Shown here piece after piece: positions 30,722-46,278 of a DNA stretch of 64,000 bases (position 1 is its first letter; each line of letters begins with the position of its first letter). The translations under genes were made by a program, and so were the position numbers. The notes under the pieces were generated by a model. It did not search any database, was not told the origin of the DNA, and saw only the letters and a program-made list of their open reading frames with translations. The stretch covers positions 186,001 to 250,000 of the forward strand of contig JALMLS010000562.1 in assembly GCA_038496445.1 (NCBI GenBank). Reading direction: 5' to 3'. The stretch comes from Trichosphaerium sp. ATCC 40318. Taxonomy: Eukaryota; Protista; Tubulinea.

Positions 30722-33700
30722 TTAATTTCTATGAGAACCGACTGCAAATCTGTAATTAACTGGTGTTTCAGCGTAATCAGAACTTGATAAGATACTGCTA
30801 TCATCTGAATCGTCGGTGCTTGTGTGCTGTTGTTCAATCATGTCATCAACAGTTAGCGACAATTCTTTCGGTCTACTAGTGAGTGTGCCTCCTGCTGTTA
30901 GGCTGCCGTCTAGTGATGTTGGTTTCTATGTCTTGTAAGTACCAGTAAATAACTTAGTATGTACATACACTAGGAATATCAGGGCTAAGCGGTGTAGGTC
31001 CAGTTTGAGTTTCAGATATTGATGACTGAGTGTAATCATCACTAGGTTTTTTAAATCAAACGCAAAGTATCATTTACTATGTACCTTGGGGTTTCTGAGG
31101 AGTCTTCATCATCGCTTTCACTAAAACTAGAGCTGGAGTAACTCGTTTCCTGTAGAGGACTATTTTGAGATGTCTCTGTGCCGTCATATTCGCTTGAAGA
31201 TACATCGTCGCTCTATTAGGAATGTTACACTGCTTTAAAGGTAGGTTTGGCACACGTACGTCTGATGAGAAAGATGAGCTTGCAAATGATTCTGAATAGG
31301 CACCAGTTTCTTTTTCTTGCCCACTTGCTTTGTGTTGTTGAGCACGGTAAGGTTCTGGTTGCATTTCCCAATTCCTCTTTTTTTCTGCTTTTTCATGTTT
31401 TCTCCCATCGCAATATAGAGCAATAGCAATGATTATTAAGAGTATAGCAACACCACCACAAGCTATAGCGATTATGACACCAATACTATTCAATAGTTAT
31501 TGATAATGTACTACGCAGGATGCGCTTACCTTAGGCCACCATCAGGAGGAGCACTTGTTGGTAGTACAAACGGACCTCCTTCTTTGACTCCCGCTGTGGT
31601 GAAATTAAAACAAACTTTTGGGTGGACTTGAAGTACTTGCCTACAGGAACAAGAGTCGGTTCTTGTGTTACTATTCCTCCAATTTCAGTCTCGATAGACC
31701 GTTTTATTTGGTCTCGTAATGCCGTATCAGCGAAATAAGTTGCCACAGCGGCTGTAAATCTCGGTAAGTTTAAATAGTAGCGTAAAACTATGACTGTACT
31801 TGGGTTATCAGTGATCTCTACTGATAGGGTTATTGTTTGTTGTCTCTTCCTTTGAACGTCTTGAGTCACATTAACAGAGTTGGCATCAATACTTAGTGCT
31901 GATACAAATATTTGTGCTATGGCACCAAGGTTTTCGCTTGATAACACCGGGCTCCTAACCTCTAAATAATCTATGAACACAAATACATAATATCGTAAGA
32001 ACATACGTATTTCGATGACTGAGCTGTCAGGACATGCACTATCAGTATTCGTCGCTCTAACAGCACTTTCAAACAAGTTCCAACGAAGATTTTCACCAGC
32101 TTTAAATTTAACCTATCACGTGATTAAACTCGTTGGGTTTAGTTTTTTCTTTGTACCTTAAAGGCACAGATTGGATACGACAGCGACTCGCTTTGGTTAA
32201 ATTGAGTTATCACTGCGTCTTTATATATAGCGGGTTCAACTGTATTAGTAGTACCTTCATCAAGTTAGTTGTTTTAATCCTTCAATCAATAACGTACCTT
32301 GTTGAACAACAGTATCGGGGCCTTGCTTGCGGTATCCAAAACAAGCTTCAAACTCTACAACAAAGTTGTAAACACCAAAAAAGAAACCTTATGTAAATGC
32401 GGTATACGAAACGCACCATCAGATGGCAGTGTTTTGACACAATACAAAAGTGTAGTGAATGTAGTAACACTACTTGTAGGTCCTAATTTTGAGATTAGAC
32501 AGATGTTGTATGATGATAACCTCACCCATTACTGGTGGGGTTGCTGTTGGTCCAATTGGAGGAAATGTAGGCTCGGAAGTTGGTGCAACCGTAGTTGGTG
32601 CGCTCGTTACATTTACAGGTAGTGTGGGAGCATCGGTCATATTCGTAGCCATAGTAGGTGGTTCGGTTGTGTTTGCAGGCATAGTCGGAGCATCAGTTGC
32701 ATTCGCAGGTAAAGTGGGTGCATCAGTTGCGTTTGCAGGCATAGTCGGAGCAACAGTCACGTTCGATTGTGTTGTGGGCGGATCAGTAGTGTTTGTAGGT
32801 ATTGGAGGGGCTGTGGTGTTGACAGGTATTGGTGCGTTCGTAGGAGGTTCAGTCCCATTGACGGGTATTGGCGCGTTTGTAGGAGGTTCAGTTACGTTGA
32901 CAGGTATAGGTGCGTTCGTAGGAGGTTCAGTTACGTTGACAGGTATTGGTGCGTTCGTAGGAGGTTCAGTTACGTTGACAGGTGTAGGTGCGTTCGTAGG
33001 AGGTTCAGTTCCATTGACGGGTATTGGCGCGTTTGTAGGAGGTTCAGTTGGTGCGTTTGTAGGAGGTTCAGTTACGTTAATTGGAATAGTTGGTGCCTCA
33101 GTTGTTGGAGCATCCGTTGGCATTGCCGTAGGCATTTCTGTTGGTGCTTCAGTCGTTGGAGCATCTGTTGTCGGTTGATTTGTTGGGGCAACTGTTGGTG
33201 CTTCGGTTGTAGGCATTTCCGTTGGTGCTTCAGTTGTGGGTACTTCTGTTGGCACTCCAGTTGGTGCTTCCGTTGTCGGTTGATTTGTTGGCGCAACTGT
33301 TGGTGCTTCAGTTGTGGGTACTTCTGTTGGCGCTTCAGTTGTTGGTTGATTTGTTGGCGCAACTGTTGGTGCTTCAGTTGTGGGTACTTCTGTTGGTGCT
33401 TCCGTTGTTGGTTGATTTGTTGGCGCAACTGTTGGTGCTTCGGTTGTAGGCATTTCCGTTGGTGCTTCAGTTGTGGGTACTTCTGTTGGAGCTTCAGTTA
33501 GAGCTTCAGTTGGTGCTACTGTTGGTGCTTCTGTTGGCTCACTTGTAGGAGTAACAGTGGGTGGATCTGTCATTGTTGGTGGTTGGGTCATTCCTTCTAC
33601 AGAACGCACGTGTTTTGGCGCTGGTACGAGGTATCTCTTATCGCGTATAAGCGCCGTTTCGAAATCGGCAAAAATAAGTAAAATATGCCATTGATCGCTT

Positions 33701-34145
33701 ATAGTTGGACCTTCGCAGATAAACTGTAATTCACCTCGTGTTTGTGGTGTAGTTGATTGCCTAGAAAAATTAAATCGAAAAATCAGAAAAACTACTTACC
33801 AAGCTTTACCAGAAGCATTTACATCCAGTTTCATCCAACGGTAATTCTCAAGAAACGTCTTAGGCCACGTGGATGGAGGAACAATCGAAATTAGAGATAA
33901 AGGCGTGTCGTCATTATCTACGGTTGAAAACGAAGCGTGACAGTCCTATGTATATTAAAAATCACGTTATTAGATACAGGTGTTCCAAGTCATACATAAA
34001 TAAGGTCACGAGGAAGTCCACAAGTGGTTGTTATGTTTGGGCCATAATACGCATCGATTGTGTAGCTAAAAGACACCTGGCAATTTACGAGTGATAATAT
34101 TGTTATGAGCGTCAAAACGCATACCCGAAGAGCGTTGGGCAGCAT
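30722..34145 (-). CDS. Mucin-like type I membrane glycoprotein
   Basis: Signal peptide (MLPNALRVCVLTLITILSLVNC), Pro/Thr repeat stalk, TM helix IGVIIAIACGGVAILLIIIAIALYC and a Ser/acidic cytoplasmic tail. Confidence 0.8.
32530..33590 (-). repeat. Coding tandem repeats (TEAP/TEVP, TNQP and 39-bp TEPPTNAPIPVNx units)
   Basis: Repeated ggtgcttcagttgt and ggtgcgttcgtaggaggttcagttacgttgaca units on the + strand. Confidence 0.95.
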
Positions 34146-34228
34146 TTATATCACTTTTCTTAAGAGGTATCACGTGATGCAATGTAGATAAAAAAAAATA
34201 AACAGAAAAATCACAACACGCGTTCAAT

Positions 34229-34352
34229 GATTAACAGCATGCCACCCTACCATTTTGGAACTAGGCTACTTAGGGTATCCCTCGCAGTAAACGCCTAGCA
34301 AGTGGTGGCGGTAAAGCGAACTACCTGTTTGTTCATACAAGCATAGTCAATC
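34229..34352. ncRNA. Unassigned structured intergenic element
   Basis: Long hairpin 34241-34309 followed by two small hairpins, lying between divergent genes. Confidence 0.3.
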
Positions 34353-34495
34353 TGCAATTTCTTAAACACTACAACATTAAAGCGCTTCATTGCGACATGA
34401 TGGTAATACGCCTTGCCGTTCGTATAACTTAATTCACATGCTTAAGTACAGTAGTTGCCTTGTGCTTGCTACAAAGTAAATACAGAGAAGTCGTA

Positions 34496-35955
34496 ATGCT
34501 TACACGCGCAAAGGAGGGCCTGTACGGTGTATGGGAAATGGCAAAAAACCATCCCAGACTATTTGCACTTGGTGCTACAGTGGCGGGCGTGACAAGTTGG
34601 TACGGTTACAAACAATGGGCTACAGTTGAAGCTCCAAAAGTATGTGATCAGAAATTACATAATAGTTGTTTTACATCCTGTAGATCGATGATTCCGAAGG
34701 CTTGGCACAATCTGCCTTTGAACTGGAACAAAAACGAGCAGAAGAAGCACGAAGAGATGCACTTGAGAAATTTTTTACTGCTACGCAAGAAACAGCGTCT
34801 AAATTCATCGTGGATCTACTACCAACCGTAACAACAAAAGTAAAGGCAACATGTAACGTCGATGAGACTTTGAGAGCTTTGCGTACTCCAGACCTAACAA
34901 CGCAGCAAAAAATAAGCTTGTGGCAAAATCTAAAGGAGCAAGGTACTGTCTGACACTCAAACAGAAAAAAACGACGTTTCAATTAATGCTAAAATAGCTT
35001 TCGCTCAAACAATTGTTGGTGTATACTCTATGGCACTCATGATAGTATTTCTTAGACTACAAACAAATTTATTATCAAAATACCGTTCCGAAGAGCACAA
35101 AGTGCTTGTCAGAAAGGAGTACATGAAGAGGAGCAGTTACCTTATAGATTTTGGTATTAACATTTTGAGAAACGATGTAAGTCGTAGCGTAGCATCGCAG
35201 CTCTCTGGGTACAACAAAAAAAAGAATATAAACAACAAAGTTGTAACATTTTATTTGTAGTTGGAAAATTAGCCGAAAAGTGTCAGCTGTTGATTTTAGA
35301 GCATTTGTTGAAAGATCCAAAGAAGCTCTAGAGGTGCACTAATTAACTGTTTTTAAACTAAACAACATTGACGCTTTTTTTCTCCAAGGACACTCCCACA
35401 AGCTTATTTCCTTCTGTACGTACAATTACAACAAATTAATTGGTTGTAACGCAATCTTAGTATCTTCTACCTCCTGAAAATGCTAATGAAGAACACTTTT
35501 TCGAAGCCGACATGCGTGGTGCTACATATACAGCTGATTTGGTGGCAGCTTTAGAGCGACAGGCTGCAGATGAATTAACCTTGATGATAAACGAAACAAG
35601 AGATTTTTTAGAAAGGTACTTTAACTCAAAACCAATCACGTGGATGGTTTTTTAACCCTGGGTGTAGACCTGAATTTGAAATTGCTGTTTCTCAATGCGT
35701 GGATTACCTGCTTGAGCCAATAATAAGAGAAATTGATCAAATTTTGCCGTAAGTCACTTCCTAAACACTCTTTGTTCAGTTTTAAATTCTTTTAGTACTG
35801 ACACGCCAATGACTCTTCCCAAATTATTGCCAAAGCTTGATAGGATATATACGCAAGTAGTAGACACCAAGAACGAAAATGAGCACATTAAAAAACTTCT
35901 CAGTCTGGATGTCCTTGATAAATTTTCACATACAGTTTTCTTCGATAATGAATAG
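34496..35955 (+). CDS. PEX3: Peroxin-3
   Basis: N-terminal basic + TM segment. KISLWQNLKEQAFAQTIVGVYSMALMIVFLRLQTNLLSKY, YLLPPE, MINETRDFLE and LPKLLP. Confidence 0.85.
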
Positions 35956-36159
35956 TCAAAAAAGTACAATAACTGACTTTTTTTAAAATGTACAAATAGA
36001 TCACAAAGCCAAGCTGTGAAATAAATAAAGTGACTACCAGTCCATTAAAAAACCTCCTTGTACAAGGTGAATAATAAGCGCAGAAAAAATTATTCAATTC
36101 ACAAAAAAAAACCACTGAGTTTGCTTTTGGATATGTTTGATTTATTTTGGTTGAACAAT

Positions 36160-37621
36160 TTAAGTTGTGTCCATGGCTTCAGCGCCTTCCTCTTCGAATT
36201 CTTCACCTAGTAAAATGTCAAATTGACGTTGTGTCATAAAGATTAGTTTTGATTAAAAACATTTACAAAGCACTGGTTACACAAAATCTTACCTGTTGGT
36301 TGTGCCAATAGAGCAGAAATATCTGCGTCACTATCAGTACTGTAGTCTGATGATACCCAAGGTAATTGAAATGAGTTCAATCGAACAATGTTTTTCTCAA
36401 AAACAAGAATAGTGAATTTGAATTGAGCAACAATGGTGCCTATTAAATGTGTCAGAGCGAGTGTTATACGCAAAAGATTCTCATTTTACCTCCGCGCTCT
36501 TGAAGAACTGGGAACGGTTGTACGCAATCGTGCTTGATGAGTTCGCTAAGGCCAAGTCTGGCTTTACGCTCGTCAGGCATGTTACGAGGATTAAATGGGT
36601 AGTGTTTGTAGTGGCGGTTGATGTTGTTCTTTAAGTGCTTAGCGGCTTGCATGCGCGGGTTGAATGTGTTCTCTGCGTTGTTCATGTAGATGCTAGTCTT
36701 CTCTCCGCTCTCTTTTGTTTTACCCTCACCAGTTGAAACAACGACGTCAAGGGCGTATACTTCATTTGGCATCAATTGATGTTCTTCAACTTGATTGTCA
36801 ATATCGGCCTTTCCAATAATTACATTACGTCCATCGATTGCATATCGGTGGAGAGAATGGCTCAAAACACCTTCAACAGCGTTGCACTTGAAAATGTCAA
36901 TACATTGATTCATTACGCGAGTAATTTCGTTATTGGTTTGTCCTGGACTAGGAATGAAGTGAGAAGGTGTTTGTGCGTTATATAATGTACAAGGGAATAA
37001 TGTAAAAGTGAATTCCTTACCGAAGCATTCTAATTGCGCATTCTGAGGCGAAATAAGCGGCGCAAATAGCGGCAGCCTTATCTCCTCCAATTGCTTCTTG
37101 CTGGCCACCTACAGGAGGTACAATCCAGGTGTGTGCAGTGACAGAAGAGTATCCGTCGAGTTGTGCGGCCATGTCGCTTGAGTAAAAAATTAAGATTATT
37201 TCACTGCAAATTCTCTTTGGCGTACACTTTTACAACGTCGCCTGCTTTGAGCTTGCGATCGCTTACGTTGGCGTTAACTGGGGAATAGTGACCGACAACA
37301 TTGTTTACATTGATGCACGTTGGAAAAGCGATTCCCTTTTTTTACCATTAAATTAACTAATAACAATATGAGAGCGATTCGTACTTTGTCTGTAATCTCT
37401 GTAACGTTGTTGCAACCTTCTTTGATGTAGGCGTCTCCCTTGGCACAAAGAGCGGCTACAGAAGCGCCTGGTACCAATTCTTGTAGGATTGCGTTCATGG
37501 CAGCTAAAAAAGTTACAAAAAGAGACTTTAGTGCTTGCGTACCATTGACAATCTCGCCAGCCTTCATGTACAATTCGACTACGCTTGGGTTCGCAATTGT
37601 TTCCTTGTATTCTTCTTCCAT
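36160..37621 (-). CDS. PA2G4: Proliferation-associated 2G4/EBP1 (MetAP-like fold)
   Basis: [62 protein letters not shown] and VAQFKFTIL. Confidence 0.93.
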
Positions 37622-37821
37622 CTTTTTTTGATAGTTTTTTTGTGTTTGTGGTGATGCCGCTTGTTTTAAAAGACAGTACAACAAATTGGAGACTTTAATT
37701 ACGAATTTGCTTGACGCATGGAGTTTTTTGCGTAGAAAATTCAAAATGTACTTAGCTGTTTTTTTGTTTTTAATTGTCACAAAAGCACCGAACACCTGGT
37801 TAGCATACCGTCGTCGCAATT

Positions 37822-38973
37822 ATGTCAACTGGCAATCAGCCTAAAGGTACAAAGGGGATTATTGGGACACTCACACGCTACACTTGCTCTTTTTTAATCT
37901 AAACGCCGTTGTTCGCTTGTTCCTCATTTTAAAGTAGTAGTTGCGCAACCTATTAGCGCGGATAGAAAACACCGCTTAGAACAGCCTGCTTTACCCACTG
38001 CAAAGAAGCAGAAATTAGAACATACACCAGAGAACAAAGCTCCACCACTAACGGGCACAATGCAGCCGTTAGTTGAGATCAAGGTAGAGGAGGGCGACAA
38101 GGAGCAAAAACGCGCGGAAGCGATCAAAAATATGGAGGTCATAGAGAAAGAGTTTACAAATTTGAAAGAAAAGTATTTTGCGGAGAACATGGCAGATTTG
38201 AACAAAGAGTTAGAGGAGCTACAAAATGGTGCGTGAGAATGTGCCAAGTGTCATCGGGAATTCCGCCTTATGGAACTTATTTTTCCGTCTTTGTACTTTA
38301 CATGCGCCTTAACTAACTTACTTGCAAGGACAATTCGAAGGATATGTACTGAGCGTAAATGAATTAACTGCAGCGCACAAAGAGCGTTTGGAATTGGCCG
38401 ATAAATGGAAAGAGGTGACATATTATTTTTACTTGTCTAAATCTCACGTGATTTTAGCACAAAATGAATTGTATTGAACAAGTCGCAGTTACAGAAAGAA
38501 AATCTGCTATGGATGACTTGGAGGTAGATTTCGCGCTGGCTTTGTTGTTGTTAATATACTACGATAGAACCAGAAGAAGGAGATACAGACCGCAATGATA
38601 AAGGATGTACATCGCCGTGTTAAAAAATTAGAAGAAGAAAAAGATACTATGAATATTACAAGTACGTTGTAGCACGAAGATGACACTAACCCATGTAAGA
38701 TGATGGGCCTGGAAGTGACACAAAAAGAACTCTACGAAAGAGAGGCAAAGATACGCGTCCTAAGTCCCATGACAAGAACAAACTTGGTGAGTGTATCCTG
38801 AGTCAATGCGCATACTAACAGATTCATAGTCGAAACCTTTGTGGTCGAGTTAGCCAGTAAAGAGATTCAAGCCGACATGAAGGATATAGCTAGTCGCATG
38901 GTATGTATACAAAATTTATATTTGACATGTTTTTACTTGTTTATCACAGGCAGCTATAATTAGCAAAAAATAG
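37822..38973 (+). CDS. Sds3/BRMS1-like Sin3-HDAC subunit
   Basis: KRAEAIKNMEVIEKEFTNLKEKYFAENMADLNKELEELQNG, a TKRTLRKR motif and C-terminal LASKEIQADMKDI. Confidence 0.75.
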
Positions 38974-39166
38974 AGGCAGTTTACAAAAGCCGCACTTTGC
39001 GTGTACACTATGTAAAGATTAGACAGATTGTGGACAATAAATTCAATAGAGAAATCGCATTTTTTAGCGTTTTGATTGAGCTGCACGTTTTTTTAAATTG
39101 GAAAAAAACCCAGTGTTGCAATTGCTAGTTACGCACGGAGCTAAAATCCTGTTGTGGGATTCCTTG

Positions 39167-39587
39167 TTACTGAGATTCTTCTTGCTGTTTACGCATGTAT
39201 TGCTTACGTGATTCTACTATTGCCTTGTATCTTCCCAGTGCAGTTTCGTAGTCACTAGAGTTTTCACTAGAAAAAAAAAAACAATGAGCTCCAACAATAT
39301 TATGTAACTTTTCAAGCTCGCGAAAATTAACTGGAAATAAGTACTTGGCGTGAGGAGACCCTACTAACTCTTGTAGCTACAAAAATTCAATAATCACATA
39401 TAAAGCATCCAAAACGTACCGAATTGAGGCTGTGCTCCTTGGTACCAGCGAGGACAGTCCAATCCACGTAACGTATTGCTAAAAAAGCGCCAACACAAAT
39501 AATAGGGTACATAATGCGTGGAAGCATAATTTGCCAGCGTTTTAATTGTGTAGGAGCACTTAGCTCTGTTATTCTCCTTCTTCCCAT
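39167..39587 (-). CDS. Small uncharacterised single-TM protein
   Basis: Three exons join in frame: MGRRRITEL...IMYPIICVGAFLAIRY...RKQQEESQ*. Confidence 0.65.
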
Positions 39588-39692
39588 GGCACTTGAGGAA
39601 TTTTTTATCACAATTTTTTGTTGGCAAGTTTTTTCGTTTAGCAATACGATTGTTGACTGTAAAACAACAAATCCCGGCGACCAACACTAACA

Positions 39693-41473
<1,781 letters not shown>

Positions 41474-41658
41474 ATTGCCAACCAACCAATTAAACGCTGT
41501 TGGAACAGCCACTTGAGTGTAGATATAATCACGTTTATTTCAATTGTTTTTTGTGTGTAACAAAGATAATATTCCATGACGTTTTCCTTGTGTCTTAACT
41601 TGATGTGATTTATTTATTCATAACATTTTTGGTTTTATTGGCCAACGGTTGTTACCTG

Positions 41659-44295
41659 ATGAGCGTAAGCTGCGGGTTTTTTTTCTTCTCCTGTCACAAT
41701 TTCTAAAATATTTGTTTTAGGTACAGTATGGAACTATACAGGTTACAGAAGGCCAAGTGAGTAGTAAAGTAACGTTTGACGTGTTAAATCTTTTTTTAAG
41801 GATGTACAGCATAGAAGTAGTGAAAAGACGAAAAATACGCTTCTTATAACTAAACCATGGACTTGGGCTTGGATTAAAGCAAGTTTTATAGCGTACATCC
41901 TGTCGTTCATCCCACCAATCTTTACAGTGCGTCTACAACCTATATTCTATATTCACAAGTACTAGTGGGTGCCTGGCTACAAATTGGACTTTTTGCGAGG
42001 TGACATTTTCGCTGGTGTCACTGTAGGCGTAATGTTAGTGCCACAGGTACGCGTTTTGGCTCAATAGAAACAACTGAAATTAAAGCGTTAAAAAAGGGAA
42101 TGGCATACGCCACTATAGCTGGACTACCTCCTATCTATGGATTGTACACGTACGACTTTTGATTTGGGAAGCACGCGAATCCATTTCAATTAACTCTGTC
42201 GTTACAGTGCTTTTGTTCCTGCTCTTGTCTACGGATTTCTTGGGAGTTCTAAGCAGCTTATTGTTGGGCCTACTGCAGTCCTCTCCCTTATGGTTGCCAA
42301 CCAAGCATCCAATGAAGGTCTCGTACCGGCAGATGCCGACTATTTGGTACGGCTTTTTTTTCGAAATTTTAAAAGTGACGCATTTGACAGATGACGATAC
42401 TGCGTATCTCTTTTTTATCTGGGTGTATTCTGGTGGTAATGGCGTTGTTGAATGTTGGGTTTCTTGCCAACTTATTATCACATCCAGTCATTTCAGGATT
42501 CACAACTGCCGCAGGGTTTCTTATTGGCAAGAAACTACAATCACTACGCTTGTTCTGATTTTTTCTTTGTTTAGGAGGAAATCAGTTGAAACATTTTTTT
42601 GGCATTGACACTCCAAGAGAGTCAAAGATTATACCTTTATTACAAGAGACTATAGTGAGGCTACAGTATACAAACTTATGGTCTCTACTCCTAGCAATGA
42701 CAGCTTTTGCGTTCATTGTCTTCGTAAAGAGACTTCCAAAGTCAAAATGGATACCTGGTCCTCTTATAGTGACTATTGTTGGTATATTAGTATCTTGGGG
42801 ATTTAAAATGCATGAGAAAACAGGCATCAGGATTGCTGGTGACATCCCAAAAGGGTAAGATATTTTTATTTTGATGTAAATGCTCACGTGCGTTAAAGGT
42901 TACCAAAACCTGAGTCACCATTTGGTGATACTAGCTCGTTGACGAAAGATCTTAGTGCAGCTGTAGTGGTAGCTCTTATTGGGTTTATGGAGGCTATAAG
43001 TATTGGCAAAACTTTTGCCAATAAAAACGGTTATCAACTAAACGCCAATCAAGTACTCATGAGCTCATTCTGTGATGGAACCGTTTAGCCATTCTAACTT
43101 TGCGCCTAGGAACTCTTGGGCTTAGGCCTAGCCAATGTTGCGGGCGCATTCTTCAAGGCATATCCTGCTACTGGTTCATTTACCAGAACTGCTGTAAATG
43201 CGAGTGCTGGTGCCAAGTCTCCAGTTGCGAACATTCTACATTCAGTCATTATTATGTTTACAATCTTGTTCCTTACACGACTATTCTATCATCTTCCATA
43301 TGCTATTCTATCCGCCATAGTAATGGTACGTTAATAGTTGGCTTAATGTTTCATAATTTGAAGTTTTAATTATGCTTTAGAGCGCTGTTATTAATTTAGT
43401 TGACTATAATGAAGCTATCTTTTTGTGGAAGAATAATAAGAGAGATTTACTAGTTTGGATTGCAGCTTTGCTGGGAACATTATTACTTGGTATAGAAGAT
43501 GGCATTTTGGCAGCGATTGCCATACAACTTCTCATGTTCGTGGTTATACCAGCCATTGTACGGCTCTTCTTTTAGTTATTTTTGATGATTTTGCTTTTAA
43601 CTACTGCATGACACATGACTTATTTTCTTGAAGCCGTATATGCCTGTTTTAGCAGGTGTATCCTCGTCCATTCCTCTTGTTGAAGACAAAAGCTTCTCAA
43701 TAGACGACGGACTAGTAGTGATGAGAATGGAAGATTCTTTATTTTTTGGAAATATTAGTGATTTTAGAACGCACGTGATTTTATAAACAACTAATGTTTG
43801 TGTCCTAACAGTATTTTAGTCGAGTAAAGGACATTGCGAATTACTTGATAAGATCTTCAAAACAGAACGATGACGCAGCTGACGAGAAACTTCATGTACT
43901 TTTTGTTTTACATAAACTATATTGACGGTAATATTAGGCGATAGTAGTCGAAGCATCTTCTATTAACGACATAGATTCAACAGCGCTTCATGGCCTAAAA
44001 GGTACCTTTTGAGATACTCGTCAGTGCACGTTTAACTCCCCATCAAGCTGTTATTGAAGAGCTTGATCTGCTAGGCGTAGCATTATTCTTTGCTGGCCTA
44101 AAAATAGATATGCGAGATACCCTCGCAAACGCCAAAGTGGCATCAAAGGTGAGATGGCAAATTTATAAGCACGTGTTTATGTAGTATTTTTAGAGACTTC
44201 AAATCTGCTTCAGTGATATAGCAACAGCCAAGATTTATTATGAAGATGTAAGGACCGAGTACTATACCATCTCTGATGAAACTGAAGTACCATAA
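41659..44295 (+). CDS. SLC26/SulP anion transporter with STAS domain
   Basis: [43 protein letters not shown] and STAS motifs (LFFGN; IDSTAL). Confidence 0.93.
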
Positions 44296-44495
44296 AGTTA
44301 TACTAGAGACAACTTGTAAATTCAGCAATTAAAACCAGTATTTTAGTATTTTGTTGACGTGAATATTTTTAAGTTTAAACATATCTTGTAGACTTTTTCT
44401 TGTTTGTCTCGGCTGTAGGATTAAACAAAGCATACGTTCTACATAGCGATACTACAAGACTGTATCGTTTATTATTGTACAAAGTGGTGTAACGA

Positions 44496-46031
44496 TTACA
44501 TCAATCCATTCCGATGAAGCGCTAATACAAAGATAAGTTTTATGCCAGTTGAAAAACATAGGGTAAAAAAAAAAAGTTTCGATAATACTTACCATCGTGC
44601 ATAATGATACCCTTGACAGCTTTGAATACGACAGTTATATTACGTGTATCAGTAGCGTTCGTTACATGAGGATATACTATCTTATTAGGGTTCTTGTTTC
44701 GGATGAGAAACTTCTCTTTAATGAATGCCACTGCAGTGTCATAATCGCATCGTCCTTTTACTAATTTAGCAACCAAATTAAAGCACAATTTTAAAATAAC
44801 GTACTGTCATAGTCTGAAAAGCAGGTGGAGAGAGGGATCTTGAGTTCTTCAACTTTGTGTTTGAAAATATCGTTTTTGTTCAAAAAGAGTATCATATGAG
44901 TCTCGGTGAACCATCTATTGTTGCAAACGCTCTCGAAAAGGTCAAGTGCCTACAATGCGCGTAAACAAATAATTCACTAATTAATTAACGATGAAATGTA
45001 CCTCATGCATCCTGTTTACTTTCTTGTGTTCGCGAAGCATCATGTCGTACCCAGATAGAGCAGCACAGAAAATAACAGCTGTAACGCCTTCAAAGTGATC
45101 CATCCATTTTCCTAAGCGAAAAAAAAGACGTCAACAACAAAATCTCGTGGTTTTTAACAAAGATCTGCAGAAACAAAGCGAATATTCTACAGTCATTATT
45201 TTTAAAATATATGCATACTGCGCTCCGTTCTTTGGCCGCCGACATCAACGAGATTAATTTCGATCCCGTCAACTTCAAAGCGCGTTTCAACTACGCCACT
45301 AGTTCTTTGTCTAGAGCGTATTATGTCATTGTCCGTTGGCTCGTAATCAGAGCTAGCCAGTCTTTGCAAATCATTAATGAAGCTAAAAGCTGAATTAGTT
45401 TTATTGGGCTCGTTTATAAATGCTTTTTTTGGGAAGTACGTACTACTCGGCAGAGTCGTATAATTGATACTCAGAGGCTCTAGCAAGCGCTGCAGTCCAT
45501 GCAGGATCTTTACTCATAGTTTGGATGGCTGACGCTATTTCTTTGCTCAAAGTATGCGTTTTATCATGTTTCGGTATTGTTTTTGCAAGAGCCTGCAAGA
45601 GCGTATATAAATAAAAATACACAGGGAACGTACGAAATAAAAAAAAATTGTCTACATAAAAAACGAACCTTATTTTCCTTTGATAGTTTCAAATTCATCG
45701 TTTTGATCGCGCCAAGTATTTGAGAGACTGCAAAAAATACATTTTTGAAAACGGTCTCTTTGTAAGCTTGTCTCTCCTTTGGAGTAAATTTGTGCGCGTT
45801 TATAATGCGGAATTGCTTTGCAATTGTCGATTTACCACTTTCGCCCGCACCTGAACAGATTTAGACGTAAGTTTTTTTTCAGCTCCTTTTTTTACCTAAT
45901 AACAGCAGAGTGATCTGTCTCTCACGGTTCTTTCTTTCATTTGCTATTTGTTTGGTAATCTCTCGATTTCTTTTGGTTTCATGCCTTATTACTTTATTAG
46001 TAAGGGTTTTCTTTGCGTTCTCCATGCTCAT
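44496..46031 (-). CDS. Heterotrimeric G-protein alpha subunit
   Basis: [36 protein letters not shown] and TNATDT. Confidence 0.95.
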
Positions 46032-46278
46032 CGACCTCCGGTGTCGTGTTTTAGAGCAGATAAATTTGGATCAAAGAAAGCGCAGTCAAACTCCTTAGTC
46101 GAGTCTCCTTAAAATGCGCACAATGGAACAATAATATTAACACATTGGCAATACAATTATGAGTGCTGTTCGTACAGGTAGTAATTACAAGGTTGACTCC
46201 GTTCCGGTCTTGTCCGCGGCAGTTTTCAAAGTGTGAATCCGTTAACGGTCCCAGTTTAATCCAAACTGGCGGGATGCT

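Noticed and set aside
32489-33501. Long + strand ORFs (229 and 244 aa) and a CRISPR-like repeat appearance
   Set aside because: These are antisense shadows of the Pro/Thr coding repeat, and the units have no unique spacers.
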